Shown: piece by piece, positions 13,161 to 27,292 of the stretch
How positions within the stretch are numbered: the first letter of the stretch is position 1
Layout: each line of letters opens with the position of its first letter
From: Eledone cirrhosa
Taxonomy: Eukaryota
NCBI GenBank assembly: GCA_964016885.1
Contig: OZ024741.1
Coordinates: forward strand, 180,110,001-180,174,000
Length of the DNA: 64,000 bases
Direction: 5' to 3'
Made by a program: the position numbers and the translations under genes
The notes under the pieces: generated by a model
Told to the model about the DNA's origin: nothing
The model's database searches: none
What the model saw: the letters and a program-made list of their open reading frames with translations, nothing else

Positions 13161-15216
13161 ACCATCACCACCACCACGTCCACCATCATTACCACCACCA
13201 CAACCACCATCATCGCTATCATCACCATCACCACCTTCACCACCACCACCACCACCACCACCACCACCATCATCCCCACTACCATCAACAGCACCTTCTA
13301 CCGCCACCTTTACCACAACCACTACCACCGCCGTCGCCGCCGACACCACCACCACCACCGCCACCACCACCATCATACCAACCACCAAAACTACCACCAT
13401 CACCACCGACGCTGCCACCAAAACCACCACTACCACCACCACCACCACCACCACTACCACCACCACCATCCCCACTACCCCACCACCACCACCAACACTA
13501 CCATCAACCCACCCCTCTTCAATCTCCTCCCAAATGCTCCAGAAAGATCTAAGAGGGGAGAAATTTTTCAAAGTTAATAATGGTCAAAAACAGCTCTCGT
13601 AGAAAAAAGGCAGTTTATCGGTAAACCATTAACAGATTATATAACATAATATAGTATAAACGTTGCCGAATAATAATTGAGCAGTTCCCTTATATCATGA
13701 AAATAGCGCCCTTCCTGATGTCCTACAACCTAATATAAAGGGCTCTTTATTCGTATTTTAATGAAAAATTTCACAGAAAATTCGCACATTCCCCGCGAAA
13801 TTGCTACATTAAGTTTTTAAACATCGGCAACCTGCTTGGTTATATTTTCTTACAAGCCTTATGTAACAACAACACCGTTTAGATTTAATTCTTTACACGC
13901 GCAGTAGAGATTTGCTTATTAAAAATAAAAAATAAATATCAAATTGAACCAGAAAAATATTAAAGGTTACCGTTAGGGAATACTTTTTTTTAGAGAGAGA
14001 GTGACAGAAAGAGAGAGAGAGAGAGAGAGAGTGAAAGAAACAGAGAGTGAGGGGGAGAGATGGAGAGACAAGAACAGGAGAGGAGAGGGTAAGAGAGAGA
14101 AAGTCATGTATGCCGCACACACAAACACAAACGCATGACACATACACACGCACAAGCATGTCGTAAGTGATTGCTCTCTCTCTCCCTTTATATATATTTA
14201 TATATATATTATATATATATATATATACAAACATACATACACACATATGTATTCCATCGTTTGCTTAGTAAATTGAGATGTGGGTTTAATCCTCAGTAGA
14301 GCTCTAACTTCTTATTCTGTGAAATATGTCAAAAATTAGTTGTTTGCTTCTATCTACCATTCGTTCGATCTTGGATTGAGTTTGAAATAAATATCTATGT
14401 AATTACTCACACACAAACACTCACACAAACACACATAAACACTCACACACACACACAGATACACACACACATAAACACACAAACATACACACATACACAT
14501 ACACACATACATGCTCACAGAGACACACATACACACCAAAACAAAATACACACCGAGAAAAATACGAAATACCTTCATCAGCTGGTTAATATCGTGATTT
14601 CGACATCGTTATATACCAAAACTACATATTTCAATTTTTGAACGTTTAAATCAGGGAGCACGAAACTTTTTACACCTCTTTATGGAATCCTTGACCCTTA
14701 ATAAACCTCAACCATCCCTAAATAAAAATAGGTAAATAAATAAATCAGTAAACACAATATAAAATAGGCGATAAAGACTAATTATAAATCAGAAACATGT
14801 ATAAGCAAGTTGTATTTTATTGTATTGTTTTATGTACAAATGTCAGGTTTGTGCCCCACAAATTCAGTCGACCTTCTTGCCCATCGAGCCCTGGCATCGA
14901 TATCAACCACTTTGGGGGTCTCTGGCGCTGTGATAGATTATGAGGAGGGCTGACTGGACAGTAGCTAGAGTCCCATAATATTTAAAGGGCGGCAAATTAA
15001 TTTTTTTTCTACTGTAAATAATATGATTTACGCCTCGGTAAAATGTTCAGCCACGAACAGTGCCGGATTTAGGACAAATGAGGCCCTGTGCTTATTAAGT
15101 TATGAGGCCCCTTACTTGGACTCTGAAGGAGGTAATTTATGATAATTTTTTTTTTGGGGGGGGGGGGAGACGCCCCCCTTATGCAAGTTTCAGCCGCCTC
15201 TTCTCTAGTATAAATA

Positions 15217-15378
15217 ATGGTTTCTTATATAGGCACAAAGCCAGACATTTTGGGGGAGGGGAAAGTCGATTAAATCGACCCCAGTACGTTACTGGTACTT
15301 TATTTTATCGACCCCGTAAGGATGAAAGGTAAAGTTAACCTCGGCGGGATTTGAACTCAGATCATAAAGGGCCGTAAG
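15217..15378 (-). mobile_element. tRNA-derived SINE (another degenerate copy at about 15590-15790)
   Basis: Reverse complement of the family core and tail. Confidence 0.8.
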
Positions 15379-15905
15379 CAGCAGTGAAAAGGCTAATTTT
15401 CAGAAAGAGAAGTGTACGAAATCTTTTCATATGTTTCTTTTCCAAGAATTTCAAAGGAAGCATCCACTCAGTCTTCCTCATAACTCAAAACCTATTCTTT
15501 ATTTAATTTTGTCCAGAATTGCTGGCCTTGTGTCTATAGTAGAAATCATTTACTTTTGTTTATTCCACATTATATATTCCCTGTAAATGATTTCGTTATT
15601 TAGGCACAAGGCCAGCAATTGTGCAGGGAGGGGAGGAAGTCGATTATATCAAACCTGGTATACTTTACTTTATTTTATCGATCCCGGATGGATGAAAAAT
15701 GATGACCACGGCATTATTTGAACTCAGAATGTAAAGAGCCGAAATAAATGTCGCAAAATATTTTGGCCGACGCTCTAACGATTCTGTCGGCCTCAGTATT
15801 CCATGTAATAACATCAATGACGAATTGCTTTGCAAAATAAAAACAAGGACTAACTGAATTAAATTAAGAAACTGAATAATGGGCATTTAGTAAGTTATAC
15901 ATATA

Positions 15906-16153
15906 CAGAGTCTCCCCCCAAAATATATACCATATTTCCCAGCGCCGAAGACGCTTCGTCCTCGGGGATGCACCCTAATTTTGATAACCAAAATTTGAAA
16001 ACAAATTATAAACAACCTCCGGCCTCCAGGACGCATGGTAGATTTTTGAGAATTAGTTTATGAAAAAAGTAGCGTCTTCGATGCCGGGAAATACGGTACA
16101 TACTTTTATTAGAATGCTTTTAAAGTATGTATATATTTTGGGGGGACACCCTG
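15906..16153. mobile_element. Tc1/mariner-type MITE with a second MITE (15930-16096) nested in its left TIR
   Basis: Outer TIRs cagagtctccccccaaaatatata..catacttt / aaagtatgtatatattttggggggacaccctg; inner TIRs ccatatttcccagcgccgaagacgct / agcgtcttcgatgccgggaaatacgg; TA flanks on both. Confidence 0.85.
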
Positions 16154-17018
16154 TATATATAATTAGTAGAGTCATTTGAACATCTGCGTGCAAGTCCGGT
16201 CGAGGTCAACTTTACTTTTCATCCTTTCAGGATCAATAATAAAGTTCCAATCAATCAAGGGTGGTTACTTGATGGAATTATTAGAGCGCCGACAAGATGC
16301 CTTACGGTGTCTCCTTCAGCATTGTGCGTTCTGAGTTCACCTGCGATAATACTGGTGTCAAGTAGTATCGGTATTTGCCTTTTTCCTTCAACAACATCAT
16401 ATATAGTTTATATATAGTGTATACATGAGTTGTAACGTCTCTGATGCTAGGCTGTATCAGCCTGTGCTTTTCCCATGGACAACATGGGTGGCGTGAAGAG
16501 GAGAGACTTACATAGATAGACGATTGCTGGTCTTTCAGAAAACATTTTGTACCGTCTTGCACCTTGGACAGGAACTTTCCAGGGGAAAATCTATGGTCAG
16601 CCATGTAAATATTATTGACAAATTAGCCGTCGAGGTTGGTATTTCCACTTTAGAAAAACACGGAAAATCACACTTTTCAATTGGCCTTGTCGTTAAAGTG
16701 TCGGATTAAACTGTTGGCGGTTTTATTTTGCATTCAGCTCTCGGAGCTCGATCCCACGTATATGCAAGAAGGAGAAAAAGAAGGCCCAGTGGCGTTGGCT
16801 CCTATTATTCGCTCTCACCCACCTGATGCTACCTGTATACCTGACAGGACGTCGGTAGACCTCATGCTCTCCCCTGTGTCGTGCTTTTGTGCATTGACTT
16901 ATGTAATCTACCATGTTATCGATCTACTTATCTATCTAACTTACCATACTATCTAACTGTCTATCTAACCGACCATACTATCTGTCTATTTCTCTAACCT
17001 GTCACACTGTCTATCTGT

Positions 17019-17087
<69 letters not shown>

Positions 17088-17144
17088 GATCTATCTAACC
17101 TACCACACTCTATCCATCTATCTATCTATCTATCTATCTGTCTC

Positions 17145-18028
17145 TGGCACATCGAATATGCTCAGGCGCTCACAGTTCTCTGGCAAACGGACCCGGCGAT
17201 CAGTGGAGACTCCACTTCGTCATTCTATAGAGGGTTGGTCCGCAGTAAGTGCGACGACGCGCTCGGAGAAACTCTGGGCGTAGAGGAGGACGAACTGGCC
17301 AGTCTGTTCGGTAGGACCTTCTGCCCGGGACCAATGGACAACTTCCAAAAGTCCCTGGCCTGGCAGTGCTACCGAGGAGCTCTACCAGTTCGAGACAAGC
17401 TCTACAGACACGGGCGCTCGGGCAGGGACCCTTCGAAAAAGATCTGTCCGAGATGCGTGTGCGACGAGGAAACCGTCACACACGCATTTGTACACTGCCC
17501 GGGCGTTACCGACCTGTGGGGATATGTAGAACGACTTTTGTCGCGGGTGGGACCAATCCAGTTGACCACCGAGTCCATTGTCATGATCAAACCGCCACTC
17601 TCCTTCAAAAACGAGGGAGAGGCGGTTTTCCTATGTGTTATGGCTATGGTGAAAGAGATTATATTGTGGACGAGGTTAAAAGGTCTGTGGTCAGACACTT
17701 TTCTCTCCGGCGAGCAACTGATCCGTTTTTTCAAATATCATTTTGGAAGAAGAATCAGAATGGAGAGAGAGGTGCTATACCCCAGCACATTTTATAAAAG
17801 GTGGGTGAATGTGGCAAAGATGGCCGAGTGGTTGGACCTTCTCTCTATATAAGCCTGTAGGTTCAGGAAAAAGAGGAAGAGAGGAAGGGAGTACTCACTC
17901 TTGGTGCTCCTGGAGATGAGATTTTTTCGGGATGTGTACAACACCTGTGTAACGCCTCCCCCCTATTGGGGATTTCAATTGTTATTTGTTATTTTATTAA
18001 TAGTTTTATTTTCATATATATAAAGAAA
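17145..18028 (+). mobile_element. 5'-truncated Tx1/L1-clade LINE, ORF2 C-terminal zinc-binding region (ORF 17235-17852)
   Basis: AWQCYRGALPVRDKL..CPRCVCDEETVTHAFVHCP (CCHC); embedded in (CTAT)n. Confidence 0.9.
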
Positions 18029-18080
18029 TTTATCTATCTAACCTACCACACTGTATCTATCTACCTATCTATCTATTTGT

Positions 18081-18133
<53 letters not shown>

Positions 18134-18206
18134 CCTCTATCTAACCTACCACACTGTATCTTTCTACCTATTTATCTATTTGTCTATATTTGTCTATATA
18201 TCTATC

Positions 18207-18646
18207 TATGGCGAAAGAGGTTGTATGGTGGACAAGGTTGAAAGGGCTGAGGTCAGACACCTTTCTCTCCGGCCAACAACTGATTCTTTTTTTCAAATAC
18301 CACTTTGGAAGAAGAATAAGGATGGAGAGAGAGGTGCTGTACCCCAGCAAGTTTTATGAAAGGTGGGTGAAAGTGGCGAGAATGGCCCAAGTGAATGGGC
18401 CTTCTCTCTATATCAGCCTGTAGGTTGAGGAAAAGGAGGAGGAGAGAAAAGGAATACAAACTCTTCGTACTCCTGGAAATGAGGGTTGCACATTTTTTCG
18501 GGGGTATGTGTTACCCATATGAACTGTCTCCCCCTATTGGGGAAAATCGACTAATTTTTTAAATTGCATTTGTGATAACATTTTACACGTTTTTATTGTA
18601 TGTAAACTTCCCCCTTCTTTTGTGCCCCTGTGGCTAATAAAGAAAC
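18207..18646 (+). mobile_element. Shorter 5'-truncated Tx1/L1 copy
   Basis: MAKEVVWWTRLKGLRSDTFLSG.., homologous to 17649 onward; (CTAT)n on both sides. Confidence 0.9.
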
Positions 18647-18670
18647 ATATCTATCTATCTATGTATTTAA

Positions 18671-18742
<72 letters not shown>

Positions 18743-18929
18743 TTATCTATCTATCTATCTACATGTGTACCATACTGCTTCTGTCTGACTCTACACAATC
18801 ATTACACCAAATACAAAATTTTACCTTCTTTTCAGCAGTTTCTCCAGATTACATCCCTTTCACCCTGATCATAATTGTCTCCCTTCCATACTGTATTTTC
18901 TATTGATCTCTATTTCAAAAGATCTCGTC

Positions 18930-20830
18930 TCTATCACCACCACCACCACTTTCACCATTACTACCATCATCACTACCACCACAACCACCACCACTACCAC
19001 CACAACAACCATCACCCGCCACACCACCATCACCGCCCCCACTACTATTATCACTAACATGCCCATCTCCACCACCACCACCAGCACTATCACAACAACC
19101 ATCACCCGCCACACCACCATCACCGCCCCAACTACTATTATCACTAACATGCCCATCTCCACCACCACCACCAGCACTATCACAACAACCATCACCCGCC
19201 ACACCACCATCACCGCCCCCACTACTATTATCACTAACATGCCCATCTCCACCACCACCACCAGCACTATCACAACAACCATCACCCGCCACACCACCAT
19301 CACCGCCCCCACTACTATTATCACTAACATGCCCATCTCCACCACCACCACCAGCACTATCACAACAACCATCAACACCATCATCATCGCCATCACCACT
19401 ACCACCACCATCACCATCACCACGAACATAATCACCAGCACCACCATTACCGTCACCATCACCACAACCGTCAGCATCATTACAACCATCACCATCATAA
19501 TCAACGTCATCAGCGTCATCACCATCATCATCATCATCATCACCATCTGCAAAAGCAACACTATCACCATTACCACCATCGTCAATGCCGCCATGTTCAC
19601 TGCTCCCTCCACTCCTACCACCAGTCACTATCATTACAAACCCCTCCCACCACCACAATCACCACCACCATCACAACCACAACCACCACCACAACCGCCG
19701 CCACCAGCATCACCACCACCACCACCACCACAACCGCCACCACAACCAACACCGCAACCACCACCACTACAACCACCGCCACAACCACCACAACCACCAC
19801 CACAACCACCACCCCTACAACCACCACCACTACAACCACCACTACAACCACCACAACCACCACCACAACCACCACCCCTACAACCACCACCACAACCACC
19901 ACAACCACCACCACAACCACCCCCAACCACCACCACAACCACCACCACCACCACAACCACCACCCCTACAACCACCACCAACAACACCACCACAACCACC
20001 ACCACCACCACAACCACCACCACAACCACCACTACAACCACCACCCCTACAACCACCACCACAACCACCACAACCACCACCACAACCACCCCCAACCACC
20101 ACCACAACCACCACCACCACCACAACCACCACCCCTACAACCACCACCAACAACACCACCACAACCACCACCACCACCACAACCACCACCACAACCACCA
20201 CTACAACCACCATCACCAACAACAACACCACCACCACCACCACAACCGCCACCACCAGCATCACCACAACCGCCACCACAACCAACACCACCACCACCAC
20301 CACCACCACCAACATAACCACCACCACCATCACCACCACCACCACCACCACCACCACCACCACCTCCAACACCACCACAACCCCCACCACCAACAACAAC
20401 AAAACCACCACCACAACCACAACCACAACCCCCACCACCACTACAACCACCACCATCACCACCACCACCATCACTACCACTACCTTACCCCCCCCCCCCA
20501 CCACCACCACAACCACAACCACCACCATCACCACCACCACCAATACCACAACCACCACCACAACACCACCACCACAACCACAACCACCACCACCCCACCA
20601 CCACAACCACCACCATCACCACCACCACCACCAATACCACAACCACCACCACAACACCACCACCACATTAACCACCACCACCAACAACACCACCACCACA
20701 ACACCAGCAACACCACAACCACCACCACAACACCACCACCACATTAACCACCACCACCACCACCACCACCGACATCATCATTATCATCATCATCATCGTC
20801 ATCACATTCAGCACTTGCAACATATCACAA
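18930..20830. repeat. ACC-rich low-complexity tract containing 4 copies of a 90 bp unit (about 19000-19370)
   Basis: Direct inspection of the sequence. Confidence 0.9.
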
Positions 20831-20911
20831 TCATCTCTATTGACACGACCCTCTCCTCATCCGTGTAGGTGTATTCTACCATTACCTGCCTTTCAATGGT
20901 GCAGCTTGTCA

Positions 20912-21098
20912 GCGGTGAATTGGCAGTATCGGTAGAGGGTCGGACGCCATGCTTTCCAGCGTAGTTACGTCCCTTTACGATCTGAGTTCAAATCCCGCCG
21001 AGGTTAACTTTGCCTTTCATCCTTACGGGGTCGATAAAATAAAGTACCAGTAATATACTAGGTATTTGCTGACCTTGTGCCAAAAGTAGAAACAATTA
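20912..21098 (+). mobile_element. tRNA-derived SINE
   Basis: Family head, core and tail. Confidence 0.9.
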
Positions 21099-21270
21099 TC
21101 ACTGTTCTTGTTGTTATTGTCTTAATTTAAAAGCCACGGAATTGGCAGAGTCGTTAGAGCGCCGGACTTGTGCTATTTGTTTCGTCTCAACTGCCCTCTC
21201 AGTTTAATTCTGGCTGCAGCTATCTTTGCTTTTCATCCAGAAAACAATTCTAGTGCTTAGGGTTGAGTAG

Positions 21271-21302
<32 letters not shown>

Positions 21303-21447
21303 TCCTCTCTCTCTTTCTTTCTCTCTTCCTCTCTCTCCCTCTCCCTCTCTTCTCTTTCTCCCCCTTTCTCTTTCGCCCTCTCTATCTCTTTCCTCTTTCT
21401 CTCTCAGCAGTTAAGCGACCTTTTACCGTAGTGCTGGGATTGAGTTG

Positions 21448-21495
<48 letters not shown>

Positions 21496-21544
21496 TTCTC
21501 CCTTGCTCTCTCTTTCTTTCTCTTCTCTTTCTCCCCCTTTCTCC

Positions 21545-22178
21545 TGCACATACTCAACTAGTGTCCGAGTATTGCTGACTTGTGGGTTTACGTCGAACAC
21601 CTGCTGTCACGTGTGGGACGGATTCGGCTATCAACTGAATCCATTTTGAAGGTCACCCCACCGTCTTCCTTTAGAGGGAAAGAACAGACACTTTTCATCA
21701 GTCTAATGGCCATGGCGAAAAATGTCGTGTGGTGGACACTTTTGAAAGGGTTGAAGATAAGCACTTACCTCTTCAGCAAAGCTCCGATTAACTTTTTCAG
21801 GTTTCACCTGAAGAGAAAAATCAGAGTAGAGAGGAAAAATGCAGCCTCCAACCAATTTGTTGAAAGGTGGGTGAGAGCATAGTCCGAGTGAATGGGCTTG
21901 CTCTGAGTATGTGTCTGTAAATTGGAGAAGAACAATTGAGAGAGAGCATTTGCCCAAGCGGTCAAGGTTCCGTGGCTTTTGTGGGCTTTCTCTACGAGTG
22001 ACCCTGAGAGGTCTCCTCACTTTTGGGGAATTTGTTATGTTTGATTTCTTAAATGTTTATTTTTTAATCTTTGTTATAAACCTTTCTTTTACTAACCCCC
22101 CCCCCCCCACAGTGTACCGTCCTTTACTGTCTTTATTGTCCTCTTAATGTAAGTCCCGTGTGGCAAATAAAAAAAAAC
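21545..22178 (+). mobile_element. 5'-truncated Tx1/L1 copy
   Basis: WVYVEHLLSRVGRIRLSTESI..VWWT..FFRFHLKRKIRVER; A-rich end then (ATT)n. Confidence 0.85.
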
Positions 22179-22211
22179 GTAAATATTATTACTATTATTA
22201 TCATTACTATG

Positions 22212-22430
22212 GCTGGTGTATTGGTAAAATCGTAAGAGCGTCGGACGAAATGGTTTGTGGTATTTAGTTACAACTTTCTACAATCTGAGTTCAGATCCTG
22301 CCGAGATTAGTTTTGTCTTTCCTCCTTACGAGGTCAATGAAATAAAGTACCAGTAACACACTGGGGTCGAGTTAATTGACTTTCCCCCTTTTCTTCAAAA
22401 TGTATGGCCTTATACCAAATACAGAAATTA
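22212..22430 (+). mobile_element. Diverged SINE copy
   Basis: ctgagttcagatcc..aaataaagtaccag..ggccttatacc. Confidence 0.75.
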
Positions 22431-22940
22431 TTTTCATTATGAGTTCTATAAATACTAACTTACTAAATATTACCCCTCAAAAGAAGAATTTACTCAAATA
22501 CTCATCTTTATGGCTTCAAAATGCCTCCGAAGTTCTCTCACGGAGAGTAGAGAACTTACAGCACCCATGGACCACCCATATAGAGATGTTCAGTGCATTC
22601 ATCCCAACTCACCATGGCATATGAGGGGAAACGATTATTTCAATTTCCATTGCTCCACTGGAAAAGTTGTAGCGGATGCCCTTGTACATATTTAAGTTCT
22701 TGGGTTTAATGATGAATTTTAACGTATAAAGGCCGTGTTTTCTTAATGAAAGCGTTAGATCTGAATTTAATGATGTATTCTGAATTACGTTTACTTTACT
22801 AAGTTTATGGAGCGATTATTTCAGGTTTCAGTTAATTTTTAGTTTAATTCTTATTTTTTTTTACCGTTGATGTGTTTGAGAGTGTCTGAGAGATTGTTAT
22901 CGTGGATCAAAGTTGTGTATTTATTGTTTGGTAGCTATAA

Positions 22941-23590
22941 GGGAGGTGGATTGGCAATATCGGTAGAGGGTCGGACGCCATGCTTTGCAGCATAGAGTTA
23001 CGGCCCTTTATGATCTGAGTTCAAATCCCGCCGAGGTTAACTTTGCCTTTCATCCTTACGGGGTCGATAAAATAAAGTACCAGTCACGCACTGGAATCGA
23101 TTTAATCGACTTTCCCCTTCCCCACAATTGCTGGCCTTGTGCCTATATAAGAAACTATTGTTCTCGTAGCTATTTGTATTGGCAGTATCGGTAGAACATC
23201 AGACGCCATGCTCTGCAGCATAGTTACGGCCCTTTACGTTCTGAGTTCAAATCCCGTCGAGGTTAGCTTTGCCTTTCATCCTTACGACACTGAAGTCGAT
23301 TTAATCAACTTTCCCCTCCCCAAAATGTCTGGCCTTGTACTTAAATCAGAAACCATTATTATTAAGTGCGTTGGGATTGGGCGGTGTGGCTTGGCAATAT
23401 CGGTAGAGCGTCAGAATAGAGTTGTGGCCCTTTAGGTTCTGAGTTCAAAACCCGCCGAGGTTAACTTTGCCTTTCATCCTTACGGGGTCGATAAAATAAA
23501 GTACCACAGTCACACACTGGTATCGATTTAATCGACTTTCCCCTCCCCCAAAATCGCTGGCCTTGTGTCAAATGTAGAAGCAATTATTAT
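22941..23590 (+). mobile_element. Three SINE copies in tandem
   Basis: Heads at about 22941, 23178 and 23380. Confidence 0.9.
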
Positions 23591-24186
23591 TAAGGCCGCT
23601 AAGAGCATATGGGCATATGGCGCTAATTTATCTGCTAGTCACATCTTTGGAATCTACGTGCCATACTCGGTGACGCATCTTGTATCATCAAGGTAGTTAT
23701 GTTACTCAACTCCATCGACTACGTTGAGCACAACTAACTGGTAAGTTGTCCTTTCCCTTTTTGTTACACATATCCTCTTTACATAAACCTGAATGAACCT
23801 ACACAAAACGAATACTTCTATTTTCTCTCATATATATGATTATATAATTATATATGATTAGTATATCTATTCACAATAAACTTTGCGAAACAACAGGTTG
23901 TCTGGGTGATTGGTAGTTACCACAATTCCGGTTTGTATTTATTTTCTTAATTTTTTTTTAAATTGAGACAAGCGAACCCAATTGTCTATAGTTAGTATTC
24001 TTTTCACCTTAGTGAATCCGGTCCCTTACGATTTGAACACATATATCTATATATCTGTGTTTATTTTTTCTTTTATATTCTATATACGGCTCAGGAATAT
24101 CTTTTTCTTAGAGCTATTTTGTTTTAAGAGACTATTTTGAGTTTCTGACTCAATATATACCTTTAATATATGATTATATATTTATA

Positions 24187-24984
24187 CTAGCAGAATGGCC
24201 CGGCGTTGCTCGGGACTTGCTATAGGGTTCTTATATATTTGATATATATTTATCCTTATCGAGCCTTGTGAAATAAATACGTTTGTTTATATTTTGTTAT
24301 TGTGTATGCAAAAATATCTGTCCATAAATATATAATTATATATATATATATATATATATATTAAAATAACAGACTAAAGTTTAAGCAAAGAATCACTGCT
24401 TTCACCCTTAACGGGATATTCTACCTAAAAGCAGTATGAAGTACATACACTAAGACTAATTGATGTAATCTTTGGCCTTGTTTGTTTATATTTTGTTTTT
24501 GTGTATGCAAAAATATCTGTACACGAATATCTATATTAAAATAACATATTAATGTTTAAGCAAAGAATCGCTGCTTTCAACCTTAACGGGATCTTCTGAA
24601 GTTAAAAAAATCAATCTGGAAAACAGGAAGACGATACTTTGGTTCGTGAAGACGTTCTCTGGCATAAGAATATATATACACACACACACTGATCGCGTCA
24701 TAATGACGTAATGCAGACAGTCAGGCATACAGACAGATATTATGAAGGCGCGACGTCATATCTATGTATCTATCTAAAAAGAGAAAGACTAAGAGTAAGA
24801 GAAAGAGATCGCTAAATCGCCTAATGCGGTCCCTAGGGCATTGAAAATTTGAAATTGTTTTTGCTCAAAACACTTCCGGGGTCATACGAGTTACATGTAT
24901 AAAGTTTGAAAAAAACCGGTTAGGTACTTCTCGAGCTTTAGGGAAACAGACACACAGACATCCTCTGTTTTATATATATATAGA
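24187..24984 (-). mobile_element. Non-autonomous Helitron-like element
   Basis: Minus strand starts TC(tatatat) and ends with the hairpin cccgagcaacgccggg then CTAG; 5' part homologous to 54190-54480. Confidence 0.8.
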
Positions 24985-25024
24985 CTAGCAGAAAACCACC
25001 CACCGAGTGGTTTTCTGCTAGTAT

Positions 25025-25240
25025 ATATATATATTACACACACAGAAATGTATATATATTTCTGTGTGTATATATATATATATATTACACACACAGAAAT
25101 GTATATATATTTCTGTGTGTATATATATATATTACACACACAGAAATGTATATATATTTCTGTGTGTATATATATATATTTCTGTGTGTGTATATATATA
25201 TATATATTACACACACACAGAAATGTATATATGTTTCTGT
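25025..25240. repeat. Minisatellite of a self-complementary unit, cacacagaaatgtatatatatttctgtgtg
   Basis: 3-4 copies visible. Confidence 0.8.
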
Positions 25241-26528
25241 AGCACTCCTCAATTCCCCCCTCTCTCCCTCCCGCTATCCCCCTCTTGTAGTCTGTCTCTT
25301 TCTTTCACTCTCACTCTCTATCTACGCGTGCGCAAAAAACATTCGCACGCGCGCACGTGTTTTAGCGTCTATTCACTCTCTCTCCCTCCCGCTATCCCCC
25401 TCTCGTAGTCTTCTCTTTCTTTCACTCTCACTCTCTCTCTACGCGTGCGCAAAAAACATTCGCACGCGCGCACGTGTTTCCACTGTCGGACAGACAGACA
25501 GAGAAATTGCTGGTTATATATTATAAGGAGATTACATATACATATGTAACTATGTATATCATCATCATCATCCCATTATATATATATATAATATGGGCCG
25601 AAGCCGCCGAAAAAAATTTTGTTTGGCAGCTCTAATTGCGCCTTAATTTTATTCAAAAAATTGTATACTAACATATTCGAATACCAGGCACTATTGGAAT
25701 CAACAATAGCAGCGTCCTGAGGGTCATTACAAAACACAAATTCGCGAGAATTAGTGTTTAAGGCTTGGAAGGTGGTAAAAAAATCCACAAAATCTTCCAT
25801 TCTTTTAAAAAAAAAATTTATTTTTAATAATATTTAAATAACTGGCGGTTAGAAAAAAATATTCCTATGAAATTTTAATCATACCATTAAGTGTGAATAA
25901 GGAAATATTTTTTTATTGTCAAAACAAATGTTCAAAAGTTAAACTTCAATTTTTTGAATTATTTCCAATTTTTTCATGAAATTGAACACTGGACATTGGC
26001 TGCTGGAAATGGAAATTAAATCGTATTTAAATTTCTAACCTTATTTTATTATTTATATTTTTTCAATAAGAAATAAAAAAAAACAACAAAAAAAATTGAA
26101 GAAAAAAATTGAACAAATCAAACGTAGGTTATGGAACTGCGCAATCTGATTAATAAATTACCTCATCAGCAGCACCCTTCTTCAAATGGTCCTTATTATC
26201 AGCAGCAACAACCACAAATTCAATGGCAACCTTCTTCGCATGGTGTCAAGTCAGAACCGCCTCGAACTGGTTACTTCTGCCTTGTGCAAGGTGTCTCTAT
26301 AGCAACCAGCGATTCCCTCGGCCTCAGTGACCAAAGTCAGTGGAGAGGGGAAGGTAATGTTTCTGTAGCACGTGTTTTAGCGTCTATTCACTCTCTCTCC
26401 CTCTCCCTATCTCCCTCCCGCTCTCCCCCTCTCGTAGTCTGTCTCTTTCTTTCACTCTCACTCTACGTACGTGTTTCCACTGTCGGACAGACAGACAGAG
26501 AAATTGCTGGTTATATATATAAGTAGAT
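25235..26528 (-). mobile_element. Two direct copies of a Helitron-like 5' end (25235-25531 and 26357-26528)
   Basis: Both end gtcggacagacagacagagaaattgctggttatata..gat, i.e. an A|TC start on the minus strand. Confidence 0.5.
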
Positions 26529-26529
26529 A

Positions 26530-27292
26530 TTGTTATACTTTGGGAGGGCCATGCTGCAAATAAAAAACACGCTCTTGTTGGATTTCACGTCGATTTATTA
26601 TTATAATTACCCAGTCGGTTAGTTTAATAACCGGATGGTTTAGTTGTTTACTGTCAAAGCTCTTTCGTCTCATATTCTGTGATCTCCTCAGTGACTACTT
26701 TTGTAGTTATTTTGTGTCATTCCTTTGATCAGTCTTACAACATCTTGTTTTCGTGAGGTGTGTACTTGGGCTGCACATGCGTTATATCCGCGTGTGTGTG
26801 TGTGATTTCATTTAAAATGATTTATTTGTGGATTTATTTAAACATCTGTTTATTTTTTCTCCTTCCTACTTGTCGCTAGTTGGTTACTTGTTCTATTTGT
26901 ATGTGTCCGTGCGTGCGTGTAGCGGGGATGTATGTTTATATTATTAGGTTTGTTTTTGTGTTTCTTTTAAATATATATATATATATATTGTTATACTTTG
27001 GCCAATAAAAATACCTGTTGATTGTCACTTCAATTTATCATAAGTTTCAGGTAGGTTGGTTGGTTGGCTGGTTGGTTGGTTCGATAAACGGAAGATTGTT
27101 TATATACTGTCAAAGCTCTTTCGTCACACATTCTGTGACCTCCTCAGTGACTAGGTGTTTATTTAATGTCTCTCCTTTGTTCTGTCCTACACCGTCTTCT
27201 TTTTGTGTATAACAATATCTGCTTCAACACACGTTTCAACTCACGTTTTCAGATAAGAAATCTCGTAAAACAAATTCATAAACGAATTACAT
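26530..27292 (-). mobile_element. Two copies of a hammerhead-bearing repeat (motifs at 26653-26695 and 27109-27151)
   Basis: Minus strand gtca-CTGAGGA-ggtcac..gtgac-GAA-agagct-T-tgac; homologue at 58760-59062. Confidence 0.7.

Noticed and set aside
17235-17852. Host zinc-finger gene
   Set aside because: It is the C-terminus of a 5'-truncated LINE ORF2 with several paralogous fragments in the window
18869-20868. Thr/Pro/His-rich ORFs
   Set aside because: The frame drifts between poly-T, poly-P and poly-H, as expected for a non-coding (ACC)n tract
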